DNA of 64,000 bases from Octopus vulgaris. Lineage: Eukaryota. The first letter of the stretch is position 1. Every line of letters starts with the position of its first letter. The translations under genes were made by a program, and so were the position numbers. The stretch covers positions 64,542,001-64,606,000 of the forward strand of contig OX597833.1 of NCBI GenBank assembly GCA_951406725.2, in the 5' to 3' direction. A model generated the notes under the pieces. The model was not told where the DNA came from. It searched no databases and was given only the letters and a program-made list of their open reading frames with translations. Shown here in pieces: positions 12,689-27,720 of the stretch.

Positions 12689-13512
12689 GCAAAAACACAA
12701 ATACACACACGCGCACATAGATATACACACACATTCATCCATACGCATACACTCATAAATGCAAACATGCTTGGCACACATATCGATATATTATACAAGA
12801 ACTGTGTTATAAACTCATACAACTCTATACATTTATCTCAGTCGGTACGAATTTGAAGCATTATCCTATTGCATTCCTCTGCAATATGTTTGCATATAAA
12901 TCTACAATATATAGCCGTCCTCCTCTGATAAATTCTTACCATTCTTAAGAAGATGCCAGTTTTTATTGTGTGTTGTAAAGGATTGCTAAGCTTCCGGCTT
13001 TGGGAGTGGAAAAGGCATAAATCAGCGAATGAAGCTGTACTGTATTGGACGTTACATCTCGTCATAACTACAAGTTATTTCGTTTAATATACGAGATTAA
13101 CGGAACAGGTTGTAATATAAAGCTTGCAGGTGTTGGCAAACAAATGTAAGTGAGGAAGAGCGATAGCGGTGCTTTGTGAAATGCTGAGGAAGTTTCGATA
13201 GCAAATTAAGGTTGTCTTACTCGTTCACATGGATTAGACGGCTGGTTAGAACAAGCAGCCAAATCACCATCTTTTTTTTTAACTCTGGTATATCCTCTGT
13301 GAAATACGGGAAAACTAGAAACTATTGAACCGTTGCTAAAACCTCTGCTATGATCATCGTATAAATTGCAAATTGCCATAAGAGAAATAGCAGTCAAGTC
13401 TCCCTCAAATTATACTATAATGTTTCATTGTTTTCTTAACTGAGATGAGGATGTTTAAGGATCGCTGGTGACCTATCTGAGAAAATACTTTGCGAAGATC
13501 AGGGATTTCGTG

Positions 13513-13644
<132 letters not shown>

Positions 13645-13647
13645 ATT

Positions 13648-13858
13648 CAAAATGTGACCGCGTGTGTACCGTTGGCAATTTTTCTCCTCCGTCTTCCCTT
13701 CTCTGGATCTTTCCTTTTCCTATGTTTCTGACGAAGAGCTCCGCTCGAAACTTTAAGCCCTCCTTCTTCCCTTCCTTCCTGAGCATCCAATAATATACTT
13801 GTTCCACGTCCTCCTGTTGTTCTGTTTTCTCATTGTGTTTTCATGTTTGGATTAACTA
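13648..13858 (+). mobile_element. About 210-bp hammerhead-containing non-autonomous element between microsatellite tracts
   Basis: CTGACGA-A-GAGC-TCC-GCTC-GAAAC at 13728-13751; related copy on - at 17131-17310; both end AACTA next to TA-rich repeats. Confidence 0.6.
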
Positions 13859-14377
13859 TATATATATTTATATATATGCATGTATGTATATATATATATG
13901 TGTATATATATGTATATGTATATGTATATTACAAAATTAGAAAATGGAGAAACATACTTAAATCAATAAAACATCAACCATCAGATGATACCCAATCAAT
14001 ACTTTATTACACCATTACATAACAGTAAAGGCATTATACAAAATATATTGTAAATATAAATAGACAAGGAAATAGAAATATAAAATATAAAATATAATAT
14101 GTAATTATATCCCATGGTGGGTGGAATTTTCAACCCCTATCTCATTATATATATATATAAGGCACACAGACATGCACAAGCAAACGCACACACACGCATA
14201 CTCTGAAGCGTACATACAAAGGCATATATAATTCGTTCCTCAGATGCAGTATTAATATGCACGCCAAATGAGTAGTATTTATAACCACTTAACATTTGAC
14301 ATTGCGTTAGAACCTACAATACTGCAGAATTTACCAAGAAGCTCTTGTATGGATTTGTCATGCATACGAGAACACTT

Positions 14378-14748
14378 ACTCTTACTTGTTTCAGTAATTT
14401 GACTGCAGCCATACTGTAGCACCGCCTTTAGTCGAGTAAATCGGCCCTGGACTTATTCTTTGGAAGCCTAGTACATATATTCTATTGGACTCTTTAGCCG
14501 AACCGCTAAACTTCAGGAAATTAAACACATCAGTATCGGTTGTCAAGCGACGATGGGGGCACAAACACATACACACAAATATATACATACATATATACAT
14601 ACATATATACGACGGACTTCTTTCAGTTTCCGTCTACCAAATTCACTCACAATGCTTTGGTCGGCCTAGGCTATAGTAGAAGACAGTTGCCCAAGGTGCC
14701 AACCATGTGGTTGGTAAGCGAGCTATTTACCACACAGCCACTCCTCGC
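14378..14748 (-). mobile_element. SINE family A, full length, diverged
   Basis: Tail, body and head match the family; short deletion in the B-box region. Confidence 0.82.
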
Positions 14749-14904
14749 TAACAGCACACAATCACAACCATCGCAACCCACGAGTATATATGCACATACA
14801 TATATATATTTATATATATATACACCTACACACCCACACACCCACACGCACACTTATATATTTAGAATGTGAGCAAAAGTGTACGTACGACGCTATGTGT
14901 ATAT

Positions 14905-15300
14905 ATAATCAAAAAATGGAACAAGAACGTAACAGCCGACAATAAAACATTCAGCTAGACAGACGATGCTAATACGAACAGGCAAAAACAAGGACAAATC
15001 ATTCCCAACCTCCACTCATGAGTTAAGTTACCAAATTAGTTAAACTTGAGACCCTTCAAATCTGGCTGACCACCAAAATCTAAGCTAAGAACATCATATT
15101 TTGGGGGAGAAAGCAAATGAATGTATACAAGGTGTGTATACGTATGAAAATACACGAATATAATGACACCGTAACCAGACAGCCATGTTTGCACACAGCA
15201 AATTGATGATGTAAATGTTACTGAAAACCAGAGAGAAAATCTTGAAAAAGAAATAAGGTAGACAAAGAGGACGGAATCAGGGGTCAAATCTGAAGAACTG
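14905..15300. mobile_element. Unclassified ~400-bp dispersed repeat, related to 55885-56340
   Basis: Shared blocks AGACAGACGAT, AAAACAAG, AATCTGGC, CTAAGCTAAGA, GAAAGC...GAATGT in the same order. Confidence 0.55.
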
Positions 15301-15302
15301 CT

Positions 15303-15350
<48 letters not shown>

Positions 15351-15403
15351 AAACATATACATGTATACGTACAGATAAACATATATATATATATGTGTAT
15401 ATA

Positions 15404-15468
<65 letters not shown>

Positions 15469-15832
15469 TGCGAAAGTTTGAAAACCATAAAACTAGCCCA
15501 TTACAATATTTCAGTATCGAAAGTTTAAAGTTTAAAATATTTCCTGCTCAAAATAAAGGTCAACATAATTTTTATCTGAAAAATCTATTTTAAACACTTT
15601 TAAATCATGTTTGTTCTTTCTATTTCATATCTTGGTGATCAATCAAACGCTAATGTTTATATGTGTGTGCGAGTGTATATGTGTGTGTTTGAGTGCGTGT
15701 GTGTGAGTGCGCGTGCGTGTGAGTAGAGACACGTATACATACGTATACATTTAAATATATATATACACATATACGTTTGTATGTATACATCCATATATGC
15801 ATATATATGTATTTATGTATATATGTATACAA

Positions 15833-15932
<100 letters not shown>

Positions 15933-16130
15933 GCATACATATGTATATAATGTATATAAAAATGTATGCATACAAATGTGTATACAGAGAGGGAGTGAGT
16001 GAGAGAGTAATTCTCATATATTTAGTATACATATATGTATGAATGTCTATATATGAAAAATCGTAGATGTACATATAATTATATACTAGTAACGGTATAA
16101 ATATATATAGGTTTATATATAGGTTTATGC

Positions 16131-16161
<31 letters not shown>

Positions 16162-16704
16162 CATGTATACATACATACATTAATACACACACATGCATGT
16201 ATATATGTCTCCGTATACATAAACTAAACCGTATATCACGATGCATGAAGTAGGATATATTTAGCGGTATTTCTTTCTTCCGGCTTTACATTCGCGTTTT
16301 ATTCCACTGAGGATGATATTATCGGGAGGGCCTCACTTCCCACCAGTTGTGTACACATGGACAGGTTTATGTTATCGAACTGGATGGCATCACCATCTCC
16401 GAGTTCACTCTTGTAATTGAGGATCATCTCTGTGATTGTAAAGCGATATGTTTCTGGCTTATTTCTGATCAGTTTATCTTGCAGTCAATTTCACTTGCAA
16501 AACAAACGTCGGCTGGAATCGATTATTAAACACATTTCGTTAAATTTGCATGAACTGAAATCGAGCTCTGGTATACGTGATTTTATAGTAATTTTCAAGG
16601 TGACCTGAACACGCTTACATCTGCACATCGACACGTCTACACAAATTACGATATTGACATATATATAATCCATTATGTATAAATATGCAGTTATATATAT
16701 AATT

Positions 16705-16930
16705 CTTTATTGCCCACAAGGGGCTAAACATAGAGGGAACAAACAAGGTGAGACAAATGGATTAATTCGATTACATCGACGCCAGTGCGTGACTGGTACT
16801 TATTTAATCGATCCTGAAAGGATGAAAGGCAAAGTTGACGTCGGCAGAATTTGAACTCAGAACGTAGTGGCAGACGAAATACCGCTAAGCATTTTGCCCA
16901 GCGTGCTAACAATTCTGCCAGCTCGCCGAC
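16705..16930 (-). mobile_element. SINE family B, full length
   Basis: Reverse complement of 10751-10984. Confidence 0.88.
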
Positions 16931-17074
16931 TTAAGTATGCATAGTTATATATATTTCACAACCTAATGTATGTACATATTTATTCATATAGACAAATAAA
17001 CAAAGAAACATACATACATTCATACATACATACATACATACATACATACATACATACATACATACATACATACA

Positions 17075-17105
<31 letters not shown>

Positions 17106-17130
17106 TTGCATGCATACATTCATACATACA

Positions 17131-17310
17131 TAGTTCAAATTTATAGAAAAAAAGACGAAGACAAGTGTAGGAAAAACAAGCAAGCGTATTAGTTTGACGC
17201 TCGGGAAAAATGGAAAGGTCTTTTATGTTTCGAGCCTACGCTCTTCAACAGAAACAACTAAGAGGAAATGAATAGAGAGAGAAAAAACGTGTTGAGTTCA
17301 GTGGTCCAAC
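17131..17310 (-). mobile_element. Hammerhead-containing short element, second copy
   Basis: Minus strand CTGTTGA-A-GAGC-GTAG-GCTC-GAAAC at 17251-17227; downstream TTCCCGAGCGTCAAACTAATA matches TTCCTGAGCATCCAATAATA of the 13648 copy. Confidence 0.55.
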
Positions 17311-17429
17311 ATACATACATGTGTGTGTTTATGCCTGAGTGTGTGAGCGTATGCGCGTGTGTGTGTGTGTATGTATGTTTGTGTATATATGTGTGTATTT
17401 ATGTTCGTATGTATTCATACATACATTCT

Positions 17430-17546
<117 letters not shown>

Positions 17547-18075
17547 CATATAATAAGACTAACGAATCTATGAAACGAGATGAAAGCGCTTATTAAATAA
17601 TTGCGCAAAATTCTGACAACCTACGTTCCCTCATATCTACATACAAACATATATACATCCCTACATATATACATACATGTGTGTCTGTCTATGTATGTGT
17701 GTATACACACGTCAAGAAATGTCCACACGTCGAATCAAATATATGACTCGTATATGACAGTTTTATTAGTAAGGAAACGAATGATGAAAACAAGATGAAA
17801 GTTTATTCCATAATTAAAACACTTCTTTGAAATATTGTGTGACATAAATGTGAGCAACTTGTCGAAAGCGAGCGACCTTAGCCGTCGGTTATTTATCAAC
17901 TTTCAGTTCGATATCTATCTGCACGCATTGCGGGTCCGCGTACACACACGCAGGTACATATAGACCTACACAACCATAGATGCATATATATGTATGTATG
18001 TTTGTACACACACGCACATGCTCACATACAGACACAGACACACATACGCACATACACCCCCACTTACATATATGC

Positions 18076-18106
<31 letters not shown>

Positions 18107-18131
18107 AGAGGGAAAACAATGCAGTGACAGA

Positions 18132-18170
<39 letters not shown>

Positions 18171-18412
18171 AATGGAAAGACAAGAAAAGACGTCAACAGG
18201 AAACTATGACATTACAATCAGCCAGGCAAAGTTTTTGCTACATTTGCGGCACCTGAGAGAGGGAGTGTTTGTCCAGGATTGGACTACACAGCCACAGCAG
18301 GAGATGTATTATGACATGAAATGTAAAACCCGGACTAGATTATTTTATGCGCAACTCCGTTGTCTCCCGAGCCAAAAAAGAAGCTAACAACAATATATAT
18401 ATATATACATAT

Positions 18413-18481
<69 letters not shown>

Positions 18482-18845
18482 GGAAGTATATCCAAACTTA
18501 CAGGGAAAAATTAGATTTAGGATTAAATCAAATTTCACAGTATAAATATAAATTAAATTAGAGATAAAACCACTATTAGGCAACTCAAACAGTGATAGAC
18601 ATAAACCAAAACATAAAAAAACAAAAAATAAATATAATTAATATAATATACAAAATATATATAAAATATAAAATTTAAAATTTAAATTATTGAAATTTTA
18701 AATTTTTAAATTTATATTTATAAATTTTTATATTTTTATATTTTAAATTTTAAATTTATAATTTTTTAAACTTTTAAAATTTTAACCTGTTTTTTAAACT
18801 AACCAAAAAGTATTAAAAATTTAATATAATATAATAAGTATATAT

Positions 18846-19330
18846 ATAAGGGTACCCAAAAGAAAAAGGAATTTTGCAATATTATTTTATTCACTTACTT
18901 TTACATGTTTCCACTTTTATCTCCTCCAAAGAATTCTCCATTTGAAGCAATGCCTCGGTCCAGTCGCGTTTCCCACTATTGGAAATAGTGTTGGAACTCT
19001 TGCAAAATGACGCCTTTTAACGTCTCCTTCGTGTTTTTCTTCACCTCTTCCACGTCTGCAGACTCCGTAGTACCAGCTTTCTTCACCTGTGATGGCCCTC
19101 GAAAAAGGATCCGGATCTACTTCCAGCCCTTCTTTCAGTTTACGACACGCATTCATTCAGAACTGCTTTTGATCTTCAGTAAGCAAGCGACGCACACATT
19201 TTACTGCATCTGTCTTCAATCGCAAGCTCAAAATTCGTTGGCAGGATCTGAGCTGTAGGATACATCAGTAATATCTCTATTTTGCAACTTATGCTCAATT
19301 AAGCACGATGCGTATTATCCATAAGAACGC
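18846..19330 (-). mobile_element. Mariner transposase remnant
   Basis: CRKLKEGLEVDPDPFSRAITGEESWYYG resembles the mariner FL.RI.TGDESW.Y motif; ends are approximate. Confidence 0.7.
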
Positions 19331-20294
19331 AGAAGCTACACAAGACCACACTTGCGCATTGACATGTATTTTGTGGAGTTTGATGATGCGTGTTTGTGCT
19401 CGTCTCTCACTACTCCACAAATGATAGTTATGTCAAGTAAGCTTGTGTATCTTCAAGAATGTGAGCAGATTTTGAATAAGAACTGGGGTCATTTTTTCTA
19501 TTAGACGCTTTTTCAAGACAACTGCACCATGGACTGTATCCAATGCCAACGACAACATAATAATGACAATAATGTATTTCAGTAAAAGAGCCGATATAAA
19601 TATTAGTTGGGTAGTTAATGCTAGGTGGGCAGTTGGTTGAATTCTCCAGTTGCAAAGCTTTACAACGTTTAAGGCGTGGCGTGGAGAGTAAAAGATACAG
19701 AGAAACATATGTGATTCAGAGTACAAGCACATACTATGTATGCTTGGTAGGAAGCAACAATAACTTTATGAAAGTGACGCTATATTCTAATGAAATTTCG
19801 CAGACATAGACTTTCGACTGCGAAGATTCCTATAACATCGATAGAATTTCGAAAAATTGTAACCATATATTTATTGTTAATATTCAGGTGAGGAATTTGT
19901 TTTATTTAAGGTAAGAAACATTACTCTTTTGAAACTTAGCATTCATTGTAATATCTTGTATTTGGACCAAGTAATTTGATAAAAGTGAAATTACAATTAT
20001 TATATGTATGATATATTTCCCGATACAACCCATGGCGGCAAAACTACACTTCTAATGTTGTACAGCATTATATACTAGGTTATTCTCTCTTTCTCTCTAT
20101 CTCTCCACACACTCACTCACACGTATATGTATGTATATATATATATATATATATATACATATATATGTATGTATACATACATATATATATATATGTATGT
20201 ATATATATATGTATATATATATATATATATACATACACATACATACATATATATACACACATACATATATATATATACATATATATATATACAT

Positions 20295-20329
<35 letters not shown>

Positions 20330-20358
20330 CATATATACATACACACACACACACACTC

Positions 20359-20389
<31 letters not shown>

Positions 20390-20862
20390 TTCGTGCTGCG
20401 TCATGTATATATTTATATGCATGTACGTAGATGTATGTGAGTGTGTATGTATGTATGTATGTTTGTGTTGACTGTGTTACACGCAAACACCTATATATAT
20501 AATCTATTTATAATCCGTTACTTTCCCAGCGCTGCATAGGTCTTTCTTATATCTTTACACGTAGATGCAGACGTGTGTACGATCAACACGACTCCAACAA
20601 CAATGATATCAGTAGATATTAATCAGATTACTACTATAAGGCAACAACGAGATAGACAATCTGTTTATTGAGAAAGCTGAAAGTTGGAAATGTAATACAT
20701 AAAATACAATAGACTCTTTAATATCGTAATAAATCTCTTGTGAATATTAATGCCTTTTAATAAGTAAAGATGGAACCGATGAATACATCTATTTCTAGTC
20801 ATACGTAGTATATATATATATGTATGTATATATGTATATATATACGTGTGTGTGTGCGTGTG

Positions 20863-20919
<57 letters not shown>

Positions 20920-20931
20920 TCACATATAAAA

Positions 20932-20964
<33 letters not shown>

Positions 20965-20994
20965 TGTATATACATATGTATATATATATATATA

Positions 20995-21074
20995 GTTATG
21001 TTATATTCCGTTAAGAACGTAGTAATGGAGAGTGTAAAGCTCGTCCACCTCCAGATTTCACCCTGTGCTATCCG

Positions 21075-21107
<33 letters not shown>

Positions 21108-21110
21108 TAC

Positions 21111-21164
<54 letters not shown>

Positions 21165-21278
21165 AAGTAACACCAGCAGAAGCAGCATCAGGAGCAGCAG
21201 CAGTAGTAGTAGTAGTAGTTGTAGTAGTAGTTGTAGTAGTAGTAGTTGTACTAGTAGTAGTAGCACCAGCAGAAGCAC

Positions 21279-21331
<53 letters not shown>

Positions 21332-22885
21332 TTAGTGGTTGTAGTAGTTGTAGTAGTAGTAGTAGTAATAGTAGTAGTTGTAGTAGTAGTATTAGTTGTT
21401 GTAGTAGTAATAGTTGTAGTAGTAGTAGTAGTAGTAACACCAGCAGAAGCAGCAGCAGTAGTAGCAGTAGTAGTAGTAGTAGTAGTAGTAGTAGCAGTAG
21501 TAGTAGTAAACGTACTTCTAGTATGTGAATAGGTAATTGAATATGTTGGAGTGAATAAGAGGTAATACGGTTGCCCATCTATTTACAATCACTACACTTG
21601 TTTCTACGCATCGTACTTCTCTAGGCTTGCATTATGAGATCTAGTTGTGTTTCCTCATGTGATATATAAATAGTCTCCGTAAATTCAAATTTTTGGCTTG
21701 AAGAGCACCCTACTCTTTGTCGTAGACTGGACTTAGTAGAAGTTACTAAACGTTTCAAGAAGTGCCTTGTGTCTGAAGGTCCGTTAGTAAACTGCTTTGT
21801 ATGTGTGGATATAGTGGCATTCTGGTTTTACTACTGTTAAAGAAATTCTCGTTTTAAAGTGGTTGACATTCGATTTCTTTGTACCAATGATTTGTTCTTC
21901 ATGGTTGGTTACACTTCCGATTGTGCTCGTCTGACATTTAAGAACAGACCGATGCGCGCACACATGCATTCTCACATACACACACTCACACACTCACACG
22001 CACAGACATACACACACACATATACACAGACTCACACACACACATATATATATGTACTATATATATATATGTATATTTAGTTATGGTATATTCTCCCAAG
22101 GACTTAGTAGAATACAGTACAAACCTCGTTCATCTTCAGATTTCACCCTGTGTTATCCAGTACTAGTATTATACGTACGTCCAGGTTTTCGTTTGGGCAT
22201 CTTTCGTGTGTGAATAGATAATTGTAAAAATTTGGTGTCAACAAGGAGTACGACTGGAAAAATATTTTTCAGTCACTACAATTGTTTCCACGCAATGTAG
22301 TTCTCCAGGTATGAAGGTACTTGATTATGCAACTGTTTCCTTGCATTATGAGACCTAGCTGTGTTTTCTCAGTCGATATGTAAATATTGTGTCCGTAAGT
22401 TCACATTCTCGGCTTCAAGATCATCCACAGAGTCTTTCCAGGCCTGAATTTAGTAGTAGCCACTGAGTTTATCACGGTGTCTTACGGTTGAAAAACCGTT
22501 GGCAAACTGATTTGAAGATATAGATGTAGTGGGATTGTCAGTCTGCTACTGTTAAAGTGGTTGCTGTTTTGAAGGGATTGGCATTTGGTTTCTTTGTACT
22601 GTTGATTTCTTCTTCCTGGCTGGTTGCTTACCTTTAAGAATCAGTACTATTAAATTCAGGCCACGACAGACAGGGAGGATGTTCTTGAAGCCGATAATAT
22701 GAATGTACGGAGACAATATTTACATATCGCCTGAGAAAACACAACTAGATCTCATAATGCAGGGAAAGAGTTGCATAATGAAAGTACCTGCATACCTGGA
22801 GAACTGTGTTGGATGGAAACAATTGTAGTGAGGAGAAAGATAAATGTCCAACCGTACTCCTTCGTGCTGACTCCAAACATTTAAA
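20995..22885. mobile_element. Unclassified element present as two direct copies (20995-21930, 22080-22640) plus one inverted partial copy (22645-22885)
   Basis: CAGATTTCACCCTGTG, TTGCATTATGAGA(T/C)CTAG and TTTCTTTGTAC blocks repeated; CTAGATCTCATAATGCA is the inverted match. Confidence 0.7.
21076..21508. repeat. Compound (GTA)n/(GCA)n/(GTT) trinucleotide array
   Basis: Direct reading; gives the poly-L/poly-V ORFs. Confidence 0.95.
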
Positions 22886-22898
22886 ATTATATATATAT

Positions 22899-23057
<159 letters not shown>

Positions 23058-23177
23058 CATATATATATATACATACATATATGTATATATATATATGCAT
23101 ATACATATATATTATATATATATATACATATATACAAATATGTATAGATTTATACATATATGTATGTGCATATATAT

Positions 23178-23408
23178 ATTTCTTTACTACCCACAAGGGG
23201 CTAAACACAGAGGGGACAAACAAGGACAGACAAACGGATTAAGTCGATTATATCGACCCCAGTGCGTAACTGGTACTTAATTTATCGACCCCGAAAGGAT
23301 GAAAGGCAAAGTCGACCTCGGCGGAATTTGAACTCGGAACGCAACGACAGACGAAATACGGCTACGAATTTCGCCCAGCGTGCTAACGTTTCTGCCAGCT
23401 CGCCGCCT
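23178..23408 (-). mobile_element. SINE family B, full length
   Basis: Near-identical to 28620-28838. Confidence 0.9.
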
Positions 23409-23769
23409 TATTATGCCTTATGTGCATATATATTCGCATACATATATCAATGTACATATGTGTGTGTATGTGCGTGCATGTGTGTGCACGTGCATGTACA
23501 CACACGCACATATCCACATATCCAGACATCCATCTATGAGTGTCTATAAATATAAATTGATGTATATCGATATTATTTCACTCTACGTGTGGATAACCTT
23601 CAGTGAAGTGGAACAAGATTACATAATAATGTTTCTTTCAATTATTGTAATTATTTTTACCATTTCTTCCATTTTTCTGATTTGCAAAATCAACCGAACT
23701 CCCGCTGTTTCCGGAAACAGTTTCCGGAATATTGCATAATCCTTTTCGCTATTTTGTTATTAGGCATCA

Positions 23770-24210
23770 TACGAGGTCTGATCAATATGTATCTGGATTG
23801 TTGCTATGGTAACGAAGCTAAAACACGCTGATTAAGGCCGCTCAGCATAGACTGACCTTGAATTCTGGTGTGCATGCTCAATAAGTTTTAACGTTCTAGC
23901 TCACTTTCGTTGTTTACCGCAGTGCTTGGAAGGAAGGTGTGTAGCATGTGATCGCTGCATTGACCATGACACAGAAAGTTGTCATATCAACACCTGCACA
24001 GAGGCTTACGCAAAGTTGCTGAATGTGTATGGAGAGGATTGTATTAGTCACCGCACACAAGTGCACGAGTGATTCAGACGTTTCTAAGATGACCGAAGAT
24101 TTGTGGATAGTGACGGACTTTCTGGAGACCCTCAACCAGCAGAAATAAGAAAAACATAGCAAGTGTGCGTGCACCTGTGGGGGGAAATCGTCGAATCATC
24201 ATCCGTCAGT
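23770..24210 (+). mobile_element. Mariner 5' remnant (TIR plus HTH region)
   Basis: TA-CGAGGTCTGATCAAT terminus; translation EAYAKLLNVYGEDC...TQVHE.FRRF; same family as 25984-26620. Confidence 0.72.
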
Positions 24211-24214
24211 TATG

Positions 24215-24428
24215 AGATTAGATTTTGGGATCGATCCAGTACCGGACAAGAACTCTGGATTATTTTTCCTGTTTTTTTTTTAATGTGGTCGGATTCATTT
24301 TTAGTATTCTCGTTTGTGAGAGCAGTCGAGTTTATTTCCGATATGCTCATTTGAAAAATGCTCTCTGGCTAATCGTTGAGAGGACGTTGGTGTTGCGTTG
24401 GCGGAAGGTTTGCGCTCTCTGAGTGCTC

Positions 24429-24430
<2 letters not shown>
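24215..24430 (-). mobile_element. Helentron/HINE-like non-autonomous element fragment
   Basis: Minus strand AAGAGCACTCAGAGAGCGCAAACC...AAACTCGACTGCTCTCACAAACGAGAATACTAAAAA is shared with 63828-64000. Family assignment is from recalled terminal motifs only. Confidence 0.55.
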
Positions 24431-24626
<196 letters not shown>

Positions 24627-25579
24627 ATATTTCTTTACAGTCAGCAAGGGGCTAAACATAGAGGCGACAAACAAGGACAGACGAACGGATTAAGTCAAGC
24701 TAGTAGAACCCCTAGCACTAGGGAGAAAAATGCTTAGCGGCATTTGGTCCGTCTCTTTTACGTTCTGAGTTCAAATTCCATCTGCTTTTCATTATTACAT
24801 GATCGAAAAAATAAGTAACAGAGGACTAGTTGAGTCGATGTAATCGAGTAACCCCGCTTCCGCCTAAATTTCAGGCTTTGTATGTATAATCGAAATAAAT
24901 ATTAACTCTATGGTCATTTTAAATATTTCATCATCACAAACCTGATGGAAAAAAAAATTCACTGATGTTGTTATAATTCTCCAAATATTTTATTCCAATG
25001 AATGCAAACGAGAAGCAACAAAACCACAGAGTTTTATATTATTATATTCTTGTCAGACATGCGATTCCGTTCTCTATATTGTCAGTAACGAGGTGACTGA
25101 TATACATTTCATTTTATTTTATTGTATTTTATTTTATTTAAGTAGGTTTCATAAACAAAGAAAGGTCATAGAAAGTTCGAAGAAATGTCATTTGCACTTT
25201 GATTTCTAAGCGCTCATCTTCATACACGTCGCTTTTCTCTTATCTTTCTTCCAGTTACCGTTTATCTTATTTTGTTTTCTTTCAATGGTTTCTATATCTC
25301 TACTGCGATATAATTATTTTAGTTCCCTACAGACATTCTCAGATGAGATCACTTGTCAAACAGGTGTAATTTCAGAAATATATTATTTCTGTTTTCGCCT
25401 CTTATCTCTTCATCAAAGATTGGTCTGTATTAGACAAAATATAATGGGCTCATCACGTCAGTTCAAATGAGAATAGGAGACGCAATTCTCTCAATTTAAA
25501 TGTAAACTTATAGCTCAATGAGGTATAAAACGTAACTGCTTCATATATATAGATATGGGTGAGTGCGTATGTGTGTATA

Positions 25580-25614
<35 letters not shown>

Positions 25615-25682
25615 GTGCTTGTATATATAATTGTGTATATATATGTATATACATACATGTATATGCATTTATATTTACATAG

Positions 25683-25717
<35 letters not shown>

Positions 25718-25931
25718 CATACATATATACATATATATCGGTTTGTTTCGAGACGCATAAATTATAATGGTTTATTGACAATTGTTGTCTTTGTTTCGGC
25801 ATATTTGGCAGTAAAATTTTTCTTTTGCCCTTATCTTATAAATTTTTTATAAATTTAACCTTTAAAGGTATTTTTGATATGCTGGCCATTGATAACATAT
25901 TTTTCCCGAAAAAAAATTTATCCTACATTAG

Positions 25932-25981
<50 letters not shown>

Positions 25982-25983
25982 TT

Positions 25984-26620
25984 GGTCTGATCAATAAGTA
26001 TCCGGACTGTTGCCATAGTATCGAAGCTAAGGCACGCAGAATAAATACTCTTTGCACATATTGACCTTGAGCTCCGCTGTGCATGTGCAATAAACTTTCA
26101 CTTTTGCCAAATTTTGCCAAAAGCAATCAAGGAGATCTTGTGCATCTGAATCCCGAGTGTCCTTTTGGTCAGCTGAAAGCGGTTTTGGCACAAACTCGAC
26201 AGACACGTTCTCATACCTAAATCGTCAGTGATAATGCACTTATCCGTAACTAATCTGCGCACACTCTGATTACTCACGGAAGGTGCTTCGAAGATTTCCC
26301 CTCACAGCTGCAATGTTTTTCTCATTTCTGCTGGTTACCGGTCTCCCAGAACGCTCATCAATATCCACATGTGTTTCGCCATCTTGAAAGCGTCTGAAAC
26401 ACTCGTACACTTGCGTGCAGTTCATACAGCCCTCTCCATACACATTCTGCAAATTTATATAAGCCTTTGAGCTGGTATCGCCATAACAACTTTTCCCGAC
26501 AAGGTCAAAGCGACGATCACACGCTACATACCTTCCTACCAAACACTTTTGTAATCAGCGGAAATGAACTAGAACGTTAAAAGCTTTGTGCGCATGCACA
26601 GCAGAGTTTAATGTCATTTC
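25984..26620 (-). mobile_element. Internally deleted mariner element with HTH-coding remnant
   Basis: AYINLQNVYGEGCMNCTQVYECFRRFQDGETHVDIDERSGRP (26270-26542); TIR-like GGTCTGATCAATAAGTATCCGGACT at 25985; subterminal GCTGTGCATG present in inverted orientation at both ends. Confidence 0.8.
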
Positions 26621-27491
26621 CCACCACTGAAACAATCGTTATTTATACGTCGTACCTCCTGAAGTGACCCTCACCTTGTATCTACACTTCTGAAGGGCCG
26701 CAATAATCAGTTTGCCCAGGCAGTCATAGACAGTTTGAAATCACTGTTATTTATTCCTTACACACATACTTTTTCCTACAGCCATTCAATGCTAACCTCG
26801 TCAATGGTTCCATTGTAAGAGGTTTTGCGAAAGCTATGTGCTTTACTCATTCCTGCGTGCCACCCCGATAAAACATATTCAAATTCATAAACACCCATCA
26901 ATGAAGTCTGTGTAACTTTCTCGAGCTAATTGTAGAGACAACGGGAATGTCGATAGTGAAATTTTTGAAATATACGTTATCTGTTGTATTCTTTAAAATA
27001 TTCTGTTTGAAATACGATTTTTCATTAAACTTTTAGTATATTGTTGTTCTTAAATTCAATGGAATTATCTCGTAGTGTCTTGATCGGGTCATTACGCCAA
27101 TAATTATACACGCACTGGTTTAACATCACTTCTTTGTTGTTAGTTAATTGATTAAATATCTAACCAGCGCAAGAATTCACATCAATAATCTTGCACACCA
27201 AACAGAAAGACTCCAAGTTGACTGAAATGCAATTTTGGGAAAATTACAACCCTAGGAATATCTTCCCAACAGCTTCTGGAATAGAGATTTCATGTAGAAT
27301 TTGTTCTTTACCTTGATTCAGGCATTGAATTGTGGCCATGTCGAGGCACGCCGTTCGCAAGGGACAGCTCTACTCATTCTAACCAGGACTTTTGCTAAAG
27401 TCAGTGGGTTATGAAAAATACAACACTGATTCACAAGCGTTGTTAATATCAGCACACAGACAAGCACTCACGAAGAAATATGTATATGCAT

Positions 27492-27530
<39 letters not shown>

Positions 27531-27678
27531 GTATATATATACATACACACACATATATATATACATATATATACATAAATATATATATTATATATATATA
27601 TATACATACATATATATTTGTATTTATGTATGTATATAAATATGTATACATATACATACACACACAGAAGTATGTATG

Positions 27679-27720
<42 letters not shown>

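Noticed and set aside
18600-18845. Quasi-palindromic extremely AT-rich tract
   Set aside because: Low-complexity A/T sequence self-pairs by chance; no defined termini identified.
20799-21578. 259-aa poly-Leu ORF, the longest in the window
   Set aside because: A (GTA)n expansion inside a repeated element; the sister copy lacks it.
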